The translations under genes were made by a program, and so were the position numbers. Shown here one piece after another: positions 8,655 through 16,523 of a DNA stretch of 20,000 nt. The stretch is from an uncultured virus (IMG/VR IMGVR_UViG_3300046170_000387) (lineage: Duplodnaviria > Heunggongvirae > Uroviricota > Caudoviricetes). Within the stretch, counting starts at the first letter, position 1. Each line of letters begins with the position of its first letter. Location: IMG/VR virus record IMGVR_UViG_3300046170_000387; one strand, given 5' to 3'. The notes below the pieces were generated by a model. The model made no database searches. It saw only the letters and a list, made by a program, of their open reading frames with translations, and was not told the DNA's origin.

Positions 8655-9386
8655 TCAAGCGTATTGAGGCAGGTTTTGATTTGCAGTCTCAAAGAATGCA
8701 GGCATGCGGCTGGCACGAGTTTCAGCTAGTCCTTCAGCTTTACCTCGGGTGTATAGAGAATCTGAACTCGCAAGCCAGAAATTGCTGGATAGATGCTTGT
8801 GCTCACTTTCACCCTTGAGGGACTGTAAGCACCAAGCAACCGTAGCTCTCCTAAGGTTATTCAGCTTCTTGTCTGACTTAAGACCAAGCGCTTCACAGAC
8901 TAGTGTGTTAGCCGCTACATGAGTCTGCTCGTCTCGGCTGATGTCGGCACTTGTCGTGCGTAATCCTGTATCTCCTAGGAATCGGAAGATCGGTAAGAGA
9001 ACGAAGAAGACGGATCTCTCCAATACAACGGCTTTAAGGACAGGGTGCCTATCCAATTCAAGCCATGTTTTACAGATGTGCGCAGCTTCTTTCTCAAACT
9101 TAGGGGAGACTCCATGCGCAGCAGCTGCGAAATTGAGTGCAATATCATGATTTTCTTCATCAACAACGTTAGAAGCAAGTAGCTCCTTACAGCCTTTGAC
9201 GTCAGGTAGATCACCTTTCATAGCATCACTAATGAAGTCACCTACTGGGATTTCAAGACAACGAAGTGCAAGTGCACGTTGAATTACATCTTCACCACCA
9301 GTCAATAGTTGACCAGCAGATACTTGAACCGGGGTCCATGTACGCTTGCGCTGATGAAGATGAATGTAAGGAGTTTCTGCTTTCAT
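8655..9386 (-). CDS. nrdB: Class I ribonucleotide reductase beta subunit, minimal cyano-podo/siphovirus type
   Basis: Ferritin-like ligands LEIPV, DEENH, LERS and DEQTH; directly downstream of the alpha subunit; only 243 aa; Leu at the radical-Tyr position (DEENHDIAL). Confidence 0.88.
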   Translation of the reverse strand: MKAETPYIHLHQRKRTWTPVQVSAGQLLTGGEDVIQRALALRCLEIPVGDFISDAMKGDLPDVKGCKELLASNVVDEENHDIALNFAAAAHGVSPKFEKEAAHICKTWLELDRHPVLKAVVLERSVFFVLLPIFRFLGDTGLRTTSADISRDEQTHVAANTLVCEALGLKSDKKLNNLRRATVAWCLQSLKGESEHKHLSSNFWLASSDSLYTRGKAEGLAETRASRMPAFFETANQNLPQYA

Positions 9387-9404
9387 TTGTATAAATAATT
9401 AGGT

Positions 9405-10826
9405 TTACTCGGCGCACCCTACGCAGGATGCGGGGTCGTTAAAGACATCTAAAATGTCATCGTCGGCATCGTCATCATTGAATCCAAACATCTCACCGAA
9501 GTTGCCATCTAAAGCAGCAAGAGCATCGTCTTTTGCTTGAGTGTTTTGCATAACCTGCAATGAATAATACATAGAGGTTTGCGGTGAACTTAGCCAGGAT
9601 TCAATGAATTCATCGTCGTATTGAACTACGTCTGACCAACTATTGAAACTATATCCGTGGTTGAGGCCAGTTTTAGACAACATTGTCATGATGCCATTTA
9701 CTACTCGGTAGTAAGTGTCCCACCCAACAGATTCAGCTGTTTCAACATCACCGTAGTCAAATGTTTCGACACCGAATGTAGAGCTGTCCCTATCAACTGT
9801 ACGCCCGATTGGCGGTGCAAGTTCGGGGGTAGTTGTATAGCCTGCTCTGTCTTTGTAGCGATAGGAACAAGACGCCGTAGGTGCAATAGCAAAGCAACGA
9901 TCCATATTGGCTCGGCTTGCAATAGCAGCAGCGGAATCAATTCCTAATTGAAGTGCTTTAACTATATTACGTGCTTCAGGAGTCACGATGTAATCACCTA
10001 ATGGATAGAGGTGTTCATTCAATGCTTCTCCGAACTGAGCGTACGTAACTCCTTCCAGTGAGAGCAAATTGGCGAGGCCAAGCATTCCCAAGGCCGACTT
10101 GGCGATCTTCTTCTTGAGAAAGATACTCGCCAGTTTTCTCAACACCAGTTTTACCATGTAAATCAATTAGTTCTTCCATGCCACAGATAAATGCAGCAGG
10201 TAAATCTTCAGGACGACAAGCACCCTAAATTTATGTGCTCCAAGAGACAAGTACCCCTGCTACGCAGGAAGACCTCCAAGCACACGTTCGCGAAAATCCT
10301 TTCACCGTGTTGATCATGCCTAATCTTGGCTAGCCAGATGTCACCACGAGCAATACCTTTGATGATTGCATCTTTGACTGCAGGAATTGCCATATCCCAC
10401 ATTACGTTTGACAAGTTGACTGCAACGTTTTGCCCACGGAATTTCATGCCGAGGCATATTGACAAACTCAAGAATATCTTTGTGATTTAAATCAAGGTGC
10501 AGTACGACAGCACCATTTTTATATACACCACCTCTACGTAGCTGTTCATTCAAACAACTATAGATTTTGCCAAACGAACAAGGCCCAGAACTTACTAGCC
10601 CTTTACCGTTGTCATGACCAGCAGGGCGCAGATTGGATAGGTGTACAGCAACCCCTGCTCCATAACGCAGTCCGTGACTGACATAGCGCCAGCTAGCTTC
10701 AATCCCGTTTGGTCCTTCCATACTGTCTTCAACTACAAAAACTGTGCAGCTGACGGGCAGGCGACTTGTAGGATCGTCAATCCAATTTTGCACTCGACCT
10801 GTGCGAGCAATTACTTTATTTTCCAT
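9405..10826 (-). CDS. nrdA: Class I ribonucleotide reductase alpha subunit, minimal, no ATP cone (three apparent +1 frameshifts at about 10421, 10224 and 10088)
   Basis: VSCTV, NVCLE (thiyl Cys), TCLL, DRQVGLGMLGLAN after correction, AIAPTASCS, SMYYSLQ (YY dyad) and C-terminal CVGCAE; corrected length about 472 aa. Confidence 0.92.
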
Positions 10827-11256
10827 TTGTGTCGTAGTAGTTAAGTTGTGGACGTGGCAGACAATCAGCTAAGTCAGGTGGCACATAGTTAGGTCCTTTG
10901 AGCACCTTCCCATCTTCACGATAAATTGGCTTTCCTTGTTCATCTAGTTTACTGAGATTAGATTCAAAGACGAGGGTCATCGCCTTGTCTAAATCAATAC
11001 CATAAGTAGCTGCAAACTGATAACAAACAAAGACAAGATCGGATAATTCTTTGACAACTTCTTCACGTGCTGCAGGGTTTTCGGGATCAGCGAAACACTC
11101 TTCAGCTGCCGCTAAAAACTCATTAGATTCTTCTCTAATGAGACGAGTTTGCATGTCCCATAATTTCTTCTTAATGAAACCATAGCGTGAGATATTTGGC
11201 AAAATTTCTTGACCAAAGATTTCACGAAACTTACATGCTTGTTCTAGTAATGTCAT
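10816..11256 (-). CDS. mazG: MazG-like nucleoside triphosphate pyrophosphohydrolase
   Basis: LIREESNEF...KELSDLVFVCY...SNLSKL...YREDGKVLKGPNY.PPDL signature. Confidence 0.88.
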   Translation of the reverse strand: MTLLEQACKFREIFGQEILPNISRYGFIKKKLWDMQTRLIREESNEFLAAAEECFADPENPAAREEVVKELSDLVFVCYQFAATYGIDLDKAMTLVFESNLSKLDEQGKPIYREDGKVLKGPNYVPPDLADCLPRPQLNYYDTNGK

Positions 11257-11484
11257 TTATTTTTCTCTAAGTGTGATGCGTCCACGACCTAGGTCATATG
11301 GACTTAGTTCAACATGCACACGATCACCAACAAGAAGTTGGATTTTCCGTGTAATTAATTTACCAGAAGCTCTACATAAGCACTGATGTTCTGCTGGTTC
11401 ATCCAATTCAACATTGAAATAACCGTTGCCACTTTCTTTGAAGATTACACCTTTAGCTTCAACAATATTCGTTTTTTTGCTCAT
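11257..11484 (-). CDS. infA: Translation initiation factor IF-1
   Basis: 75-aa S1/OB-fold: VEAKGVI...NGYFNVEL...SGKL...IQLLVGDRVHVELSPYDLGRGRITLR. Confidence 0.93.
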   Translation of the reverse strand: MSKKTNIVEAKGVIFKESGNGYFNVELDEPAEHQCLCRASGKLITRKIQLLVGDRVHVELSPYDLGRGRITLREK

Positions 11485-11632
11485 ATGCTTTTACCGTTTT
11501 GAAATATAATTTGTTGTACTTAACAATCATTTCTTGAATAACTTCACGATCACTAGTTTGACCAACAGTTTGTAGATGTTGAGAGCAACCGTGAAGTTCA
11601 CCTATAAGTAATAGATACATCTCAGGAGGCAT
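11459..11632 (-). CDS. Small hypothetical protein (57 aa, not in ORF track)
   Basis: MPPEMYLLLIGELHGCSQHLQTVGQTSDREVIQEMIVKYNKLYFKTVKAYEQKNEYC*; TAATG overlap with the upstream gene. Confidence 0.65.
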   Translation of the reverse strand: MPPEMYLLLIGELHGCSQHLQTVGQTSDREVIQEMIVKYNKLYFKTVKAYEQKNEYC

Positions 11633-11847
11633 TAAAATCCTTTTACTTTCTTGTGTTTCTTTTTATCTTTTTTATAAAGATTTGGAGGTCCAATCTTGCA
11701 CAGTTGTTCATCACTTTCTCTAGCAAGTATAGTGCACATTTGGTCTACAGCCATAGCAAATATACCAGCATGGGAGAGCTTGCCAACCATATGACTAGAT
11801 AGATCAAAGATGAACTCTTCGCGTTCACTTTCAGTCATTTTATTCAA
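11632..11847 (-). CDS. Hypothetical protein with Lys-rich C-terminus
   Basis: 71-aa ORF tightly packed between its neighbours. Confidence 0.7.
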   Translation of the reverse strand: MNKMTESEREEFIFDLSSHMVGKLSHAGIFAMAVDQMCTILARESDEQLCKIGPPNLYKKDKKKHKKVKGF

Positions 11848-12079
11848 TCTCAGCGTGTGTGTGATTACTAAAGTATTTAGTTAGTATTTGTACACGTTCT
11901 TCTTCGTGAGCGATTACATCAATCTGATCTTGAATAGCGGCAAGCACATCAGGGTGTTCACCGATGCCAACAGGATTGTGTAAGTAAACTTCGGCATTCA
12001 TTCGTGCCTTCTGTATTTTGCCTTCGCTTTCAGCGATAAGGGCGTTGATAATATCTTTGCGTAGTGATCGGCAGGACAT
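11840..12079 (-). CDS. Conserved marine-phage hypothetical protein
   Basis: NAEVYLHNPVGIGEHPDVLAAIQ motif, familiar from marine phages; function unknown to me. Confidence 0.8.
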   Translation of the reverse strand: MSCRSLRKDIINALIAESEGKIQKARMNAEVYLHNPVGIGEHPDVLAAIQDQIDVIAHEEERVQILTKYFSNHTHAEIE

Positions 12080-12083
12080 TTGA

Positions 12084-12431
12084 TTAATCAGGATGTGCGT
12101 ATGTATATGCGTCTAATGTTGCTTGTAGATGTTTAATAATTGAGTTGGCACCTACAAAGCGTTCTACTGATTGTTCGACATAGTCACAATCTTCGTCTCC
12201 ATCGGCATCTAGCCGACAAGAGACTTCCTCGTGGACGACAACGAGCGTCGGTGACAGTTCCACCGATAAGTCCTCCGCCAGCGCTGTAAGGCTGCCTGAG
12301 GGTGCTTTAAGAGGCACAAAGTCAAGCTCAGCTGCTTCGTCTTGCGTGAGAGTTTTGACGTGGTCCTTGAGACGATCGCAAGGAGTACACCCGTCTTGGG
12401 TAAATACATAAAGCTTGTAGTTTTTCATCAT
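12084..12431 (-). CDS. Thioredoxin/glutaredoxin-fold protein (probable RNR reductant)
   Basis: KLYVFTQDGCTPCDRLK (CxxC), SPTLVV cis-Pro motif, ERFVG. Confidence 0.8.
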   Translation of the reverse strand: MMKNYKLYVFTQDGCTPCDRLKDHVKTLTQDEAAELDFVPLKAPSGSLTALAEDLSVELSPTLVVVHEEVSCRLDADGDEDCDYVEQSVERFVGANSIIKHLQATLDAYTYAHPD

Positions 12432-12434
12432 TAT

Positions 12435-12743
12435 TTAGGCAGGTGTTCCATCGGTGTAATAAAATCCGCCGATGCAATTGTCTTGATTAGATATTACTAA
12501 ATGCCTTGCGTGTTGATAACATCTCATACCCATATGATAGGAAATCATGACAGGATTACCTGGAACAACTGTATCTAATCGATCACAAAGAATCAAACGA
12601 GCAGCAGGAGCCTTACGTTTGTACTGGATCTCTGCCATGTAGGCATAATGAGGATCTTGTTCCTGTGTATCAGGATTAAATACCGTCATCATTGTGGGAG
12701 CAGTCTCGACGATTGCTTCCATCTCAGACATCATTTTGAACAT
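12435..12743 (-). CDS. Hypothetical protein
   Basis: 102-aa ORF, operon-like packing. Confidence 0.7.
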   Translation of the reverse strand: MFKMMSEMEAIVETAPTMMTVFNPDTQEQDPHYAYMAEIQYKRKAPAARLILCDRLDTVVPGNPVMISYHMGMRCYQHARHLVISNQDNCIGGFYYTDGTPA

Positions 12744-12904
12744 TAGTCGTTAAACATGGATTTGGGATAACAGCGAATGACACGACGACAATCGGGACAA
12801 AGCTCGATAGTGTTGGCAATCGCTGTGTTGACATCAATAGCGGTAACTTCAAAGTCTTGCTTGTCACCTTCTTTGTCTATATAAACTACGTCGTAGTCTT
12901 TCAT
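12743..12904 (-). CDS. Small hypothetical protein with CPDC motif (53 aa, not in ORF track)
   Basis: MKDYDVVYIDKEGDKQDFEVTAIDVNTAIANTIELCPDCRRVIRCYPKSMFND*; ATGA and TAATG overlaps at its two ends. Confidence 0.7.
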   Translation of the reverse strand: MKDYDVVYIDKEGDKQDFEVTAIDVNTAIANTIELCPDCRRVIRCYPKSMFND

Positions 12905-13098
12905 TCGTCAGCAAAAGTTATATTAATGAGTTGAGCTTCTTCAAATAGAAGTTCTTGTACAGCACCACTTTCGATTTCTTCTTCAGAGAAATGCCAATCT
13001 GCAAGATTTTCTAAGTAATAATTAACTTCATCGTGAATATTGTTATCTAAAGCAGAGCGTAAGAATGTACGGAAATGAGTCCGTTGTACTTCAGTCAT
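12901..13098 (-). CDS. Small acidic hypothetical protein
   Basis: 65-aa ORF with ATGA overlaps on both sides. Confidence 0.7.
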   Translation of the reverse strand: MTEVQRTHFRTFLRSALDNNIHDEVNYYLENLADWHFSEEEIESGAVQELLFEEAQLINITFADE

Positions 13099-13328
13099 GA
13101 GTTAGGTAAATGTAATTTCAAAGGTGGCAGATACTTCTTTTCAGCAAGGTACACTTCGACTTCCTTGCGCTGATCGCTAGTGAGATAACCAAACATGATG
13201 TTGAGTATCTGGTTGAGATAGACCGTAGGAAACTCTGGTGAGTCTTGGGCCAATGCTGCGTGACACAGCAATACGACATCGAGGACGTCATAGTCAGGAA
13301 CTTTTTCTAGTTGTGGATTGGTTGTCAT
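13095..13328 (-). CDS. Hypothetical protein
   Basis: 77-aa ORF, operon-like packing. Confidence 0.7.
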   Translation of the reverse strand: MTTNPQLEKVPDYDVLDVVLLCHAALAQDSPEFPTVYLNQILNIMFGYLTSDQRKEVEVYLAEKKYLPPLKLHLPNS

Positions 13329-13488
13329 TGAGAAGTTCTAAGTATTCATCGGGGTAAGCAGAGAAATGATCAAGCATTACAAGTAATGTTGCAACGCTTG
13401 TCTCAGTTGGTTGAATAGGTAGGTTAAGCATCATTGAAGTGATGTACCTACGTGTTGCTCGTAAGTGAGCAATTGAGTCCATGCTCAT
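13294..13488 (-). CDS. Hypothetical protein
   Basis: 64-aa ORF, ATGA overlap with the upstream gene. Confidence 0.65.
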   Translation of the reverse strand: MSMDSIAHLRATRRYITSMMLNLPIQPTETSVATLLVMLDHFSAYPDEYLELLNDNQSTTRKSS

Positions 13489-14027
13489 GAAGAGGTGGTT
13501 TCATCTGATTCTTCTAATTCATCTTCAAGTTCTTCATCATCATATTGACCCTCATTGTAGTTAGATACAATTTGGTCAATCTGTTCATAGACACTTGAGT
13601 AATCAAATTTATAAGTAACTAATTCAGCTAGATATGGAATTTCATCTTCTTCGAAACCATCAAAGTTTTCTTGAAGATATTCTTCTACGTCTACAAAAAC
13701 TAGTGAGTCAAGATCTTCTTCGTCTTGGTCATCATCATCATCTTCTTCTTCTTCTTCTTCCTCTTCTTCTGTATGAGAAGAATCCTCTAAAACAACATCT
13801 GGATCAGATTCTGCGTATTCGAAAACCCAATCATCGACCTGATCATGAATTGGATCATAATCAAAATCTTCGTCATTTTGACATAGATGCCAAACAGATT
13901 GTCTTTGCTTGGCTGTCAATGTTGGGAATTCTTTAATTAAATATTCATTTACATCAATAGTTAGAAACGGATCATATGTATCATCCGCTTCTAATAGCAA
14001 TGCACGGCGTTCAGCTGCAGCTCCCAT
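13485..14027 (-). CDS. Extremely acidic protein with an internally duplicated ~50-aa domain and poly-E/D linker
   Basis: Two copies of (I/V)DV.EYL...F...FDY..(I/V).(D/E)Q(V/I)D..V..Y separated by EEEEEEEEEDDDDDQDEED. Confidence 0.8.
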   Translation of the reverse strand: MGAAAERRALLLEADDTYDPFLTIDVNEYLIKEFPTLTAKQRQSVWHLCQNDEDFDYDPIHDQVDDWVFEYAESDPDVVLEDSSHTEEEEEEEEEDDDDDQDEEDLDSLVFVDVEEYLQENFDGFEEDEIPYLAELVTYKFDYSSVYEQIDQIVSNYNEGQYDDEELEDELEESDETTSS

Positions 14028-14668
14028 CAGAAGTCACCTCCAACTTTTTCTTCAACTTGAACATCAACGGCTTGAACAGCAGTGTCTGGTTCAATTGCAG
14101 TGTTCAACGTATCTTTCAATGTAGCAACAATGCTAGACATAGATAACTCATATGATTCCCATGCTTTCTCCTTGCGGTCAGCATTGAGAATTGCATACAA
14201 TTCTTTGTCAGAATAAACTTCACCACATCGAATAGAAGCAAAGATAGGCTTGCGTCCCATGTTGCCTCGATAGGAATCAAGGTTGAATGACTCAGTGATC
14301 ATTCCATTTTGGAACAATCCATACAAACCTGAGATGACACACATAGACCACCAAGTCTGGATACCTGAAGTAACCAAAATCTTGTTGCCGCTATGTAACT
14401 CAAGAATGACATTGAGCTTTGTGGCATTTTCTGTGCCAATTCCAGTAACAATATCGATATCGACAAGCTTGACATTTGCAAGACGAGTCAAAGGCTTTCC
14501 AGCTTTTGTCATCAAGGCAGCAGGCTTTTCATCGTTACCGATGTAGTGAAACAGTACAGCTTCGCTCTCTTTTACTACTCCGATGCCGATCATCATGTTG
14601 ATCTCAGGTGCTTCTCCACCTGATACGAGATCAGCAACAATTGCGGAACTATCTACGAGCATGGTCAT
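14027..14668 (-). CDS. Hypothetical protein (~213 aa)
   Basis: Long ORF; likely start is the ATG at 14668 (MTMLVDSS); TGATG overlap with the next gene. Confidence 0.8.
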   Translation of the reverse strand: MTMLVDSSAIVADLVSGGEAPEINMMIGIGVVKESEAVLFHYIGNDEKPAALMTKAGKPLTRLANVKLVDIDIVTGIGTENATKLNVILELHSGNKILVTSGIQTWWSMCVISGLYGLFQNGMITESFNLDSYRGNMGRKPIFASIRCGEVYSDKELYAILNADRKEKAWESYELSMSSIVATLKDTLNTAIEPDTAVQAVDVQVEEKVGGDF

Positions 14669-14702
14669 GTAATTTAGTAAGTAAGTGAACGCCCAAAAGG
14701 GC

Positions 14703-14735
14703 AAAGAAAGATACAGCCGCTGATAAGCGGCAGTA
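14703..14735 (-). terminator. Probable intrinsic terminator
   Basis: TACtGCCGC-TTATCA-GCGGCtGTA stem-loop followed by TCTTTCTTT on the minus strand, just past a stop codon. Confidence 0.55.
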
Positions 14736-14745
14736 TTGTTATTTG

Positions 14746-14905
14746 TTACGTGCAGGGTCTAATGCTGCTAAGTCGATTAGCTTGGTTCTGACATAAGTCA
14801 GCACAACGTTGATATATCAGCTTGTGGATCTTCAGCTTCATGCTGAATAATTAGTTGTTCTAGAAAATGCAAGAACAACTTAGAAAGTTCTTTTGTATCT
14901 TTCAT
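14746..14905 (-). CDS. Small hypothetical protein (apparent +1 frameshift at about 14826)
   Basis: MKDTKELSKLFLHFLEQLIIQHEAED, then after deleting one base HKLIYQRCADLCQNQANRLSSIRPCT*; TGATG overlap with the upstream ORF; ends just before the terminator. Confidence 0.5.
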
Positions 14906-15072
14906 CAAACAGCGGCTAGCTCTCCTTTGATCTCAGCAATCTTTGCTGTAGCTAGACATTCGACAAGTATCCAAGCTAGTTCGCCGGATACGACATGTTG
15001 ATCACAGAAGTACTGAACAGTATCTTCAATGACTTCTTGGATCTCTTGGCTTAGTTCTTTGGATATTTCCAT
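14905..15072 (-). CDS. Small conserved cyanophage hypothetical protein (55 aa, not in ORF track)
   Basis: MEISKELSQEIQEVIEDTVQYFCDQHVVSGELAWILVECLATAKIAEIKGELAAV*. Confidence 0.75.
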   Translation of the reverse strand: MEISKELSQEIQEVIEDTVQYFCDQHVVSGELAWILVECLATAKIAEIKGELAAV

Positions 15073-15114
15073 TGATAGATATATAAACTACGGAGCTCTG
15101 CTCCATTCCATAAA

Positions 15115-15138
15115 TATAGCCGCCAATCGGCGGCTATA
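15115..15138. terminator. Perfect 10-bp hairpin, probable terminator (possibly bidirectional)
   Basis: TATAGCCGCC-AATC-GGCGGCTATA, about 35 nt past the stop of 15173..16312, T-rich on both sides. Confidence 0.7.
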
Positions 15139-15172
15139 GGTTCTTTATTAGATTTGTTTAACTAATTAAAGA

Positions 15173-16312
15173 TTATTTGTTCCTACGACGTGCGCGACGA
15201 CGTGCTTGCCTCTTTTGGACTCTAGCTCTTGTTCTCATTGCAGCCATACGAACAGCTCTACGTACTACTCGACGTCTAGCTTTTCCAGTCACACCAGCTT
15301 TTTTAGCTTTCCGTCTTGCCATTCGTTTCGCTGTAGTCCTTGCCCGCTTAACAGCTACTCTCCGGCTTGCTGCCGCTGCTGCTTTTCTTGTAGCCCTTTT
15401 AGTGGCTTTAGACGAAGCACCAGATTTTTTAGAAATCCTTGCGGCTCGTTTTTTTGCCCGCATAACAGCTACTTTCCGTCTTGCCATATTTGCTGCTTTC
15501 CTTGCAGCTGATTTACGGTCTTTAGCTGATGCTCCAGATGCTTTTGCAGCTTTTCGTGCCGCACGTTTTGCTCTCTGAACTTTTGCCATCAACCTCGTCA
15601 TCATTATTTTACGACGAATAGCTTTTTTCGCTTTTCCTGTAGTAGCAGACTTTAATGCGTTTTTGAGCATCATGATTTTTCTGCGAATTTGTCGCATCAT
15701 CATGTTTTTATTAGCTGTAGTGCTACTGCTTCCACCTGAGGAACCACTTTTATTATCTTTGGGTTTAGTGCTACTGCTTCCACCTGAGGAACCACTTTTA
15801 TTATCTTTGGGTTTAGTACTAGTCCCTCCACCTGAGGAACCACTTTTATTATCTTTGGGTTTAGTACTAGTCCCTCCACCTGAGGAACCACTTCCATTTG
15901 AATTACCTGGCTTTTGATCAGCTGGTGTATTTTTCCCACCGGTAGTTCCTTTACCGCCACCAGTTCCTTTACTTCCACCAGTTCCCTTACCGCCACCAGT
16001 TCCCTTACCGCCACCAGTTCCTTTACCATCACCGGTTCCTTTACCACCACCGGTTCCTTTACCACCACCGGTTCCTTTGCCACCACCGGTTCCTTTGCCA
16101 CCACCGGAGTTGCCTGTACCTGCAGCACCCATCATCATCATCATTGATGAAGTGTTTCCTGAGCTAGAAGACTTATTATTAGAAGTGTTTCCTGAGCTTT
16201 TTGAACTCGAACTAGAATTACCTACATTACTAATAGTAATGCTATTTTTATTTACAGTACCCGTTTTAGCGACTCCACGCATACCACGGGTATTTTCTGC
16301 TGCTGCTGACAT
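15173..16312 (-). CDS. Very basic low-complexity protein: Gly/Ser/Lys repeats plus Arg/Lys/Ala-rich histone-H1/protamine-like C-terminal half
   Basis: 379-aa uninterrupted ORF; repeats vary at synonymous positions, as expected for this frame being translated; no aromatic or Cys residues; very few acidic residues; followed by a terminator. Confidence 0.85.
   Translation of the reverse strand: MSAAAENTRGMRGVAKTGTVNKNSITISNVGNSSSSSKSSGNTSNNKSSSSGNTSSMMMMMGAAGTGNSGGGKGTGGGKGTGGGKGTGGGKGTGDGKGTGGGKGTGGGKGTGGSKGTGGGKGTTGGKNTPADQKPGNSNGSGSSGGGTSTKPKDNKSGSSGGGTSTKPKDNKSGSSGGSSSTKPKDNKSGSSGGSSSTTANKNMMMRQIRRKIMMLKNALKSATTGKAKKAIRRKIMMTRLMAKVQRAKRAARKAAKASGASAKDRKSAARKAANMARRKVAVMRAKKRAARISKKSGASSKATKRATRKAAAAASRRVAVKRARTTAKRMARRKAKKAGVTGKARRRVVRRAVRMAAMRTRARVQKRQARRRARRRNK
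15719..15892 (-). repeat. 48-bp coding tandem repeat, about 3.6 copies (SGSSGG[G/S][T/S]STKPKDNK)
   Basis: ccacctgaggaaccacttttattatctttgggtttagt recurs with a 48-nt period. Confidence 0.95.
15926..16105 (-). repeat. 18-bp coding tandem repeat, about 10 copies (GGGKGT)
   Basis: gttcc(t/c)tt(a/g)cc(a/g)ccacc(a/g) units encoding GGGKGT x4, GDGKGT, GGGKGT x2, GGSKGT, GGGKGT, TGGKNT. Confidence 0.95.
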
Positions 16313-16353
16313 AATGCAATATAAATACTACACTTAGTTTAACAATGTAATAT

Positions 16354-16479
16354 TTAGTCTTCTTTAGATGCTGGAGTTGTATCTTCTACTTTTGCTGGTG
16401 GAGTAGGAGGTTGTACAGGAATTACTTCTCTACGATCACCACGAGTGTTCCGTTGTGCTGCTTCGTCACCTAATGCCAT
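16354..16479 (-). CDS. Small Pro-rich peptide (41 aa, not in ORF track)
   Basis: MALGDEAAQRNTRGDRREVIPVQPPTPPAKVEDTTPASKED*; a relatively GC-rich ORF between AT-rich spacers; TATAAT about 33 nt upstream. Confidence 0.65.
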   Translation of the reverse strand: MALGDEAAQRNTRGDRREVIPVQPPTPPAKVEDTTPASKED

Positions 16480-16523
16480 TGTATTTTCTCTGAATAATGT
16501 ATTTAATAATGATTATAAGTTAA

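Noticed and set aside
9405..10826. nrdA as a naturally split gene, a pseudogene or class II nrdJ
   Set aside because: Three single-base deletions give one intact ORF; the YY dyad and the adjacent ferritin-like beta gene indicate class I.
15719..16105. Tandem repeats as a CRISPR array or origin iterons
   Set aside because: No unique spacers; periods of 18 and 48 nt are multiples of 3 and vary at synonymous positions, so they are coding repeats.
6857..16327. TATAAATA (T4-type late promoter) matches at about 6857 (-), 9390 (+) and 16320 (+)
   Set aside because: Two are antisense to the nearby genes and all lie in AT-rich spacers; there is no T4-like gene context, so they are probably chance matches.
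15177..16337. Plus-strand and alternative-frame ORFs over the basic protein (15177, 15206, 15663, 15700, 15914, 16077)
   Set aside because: Shadow ORFs of low-complexity, stop-poor sequence; third-position variation supports the 15173..16312 frame.
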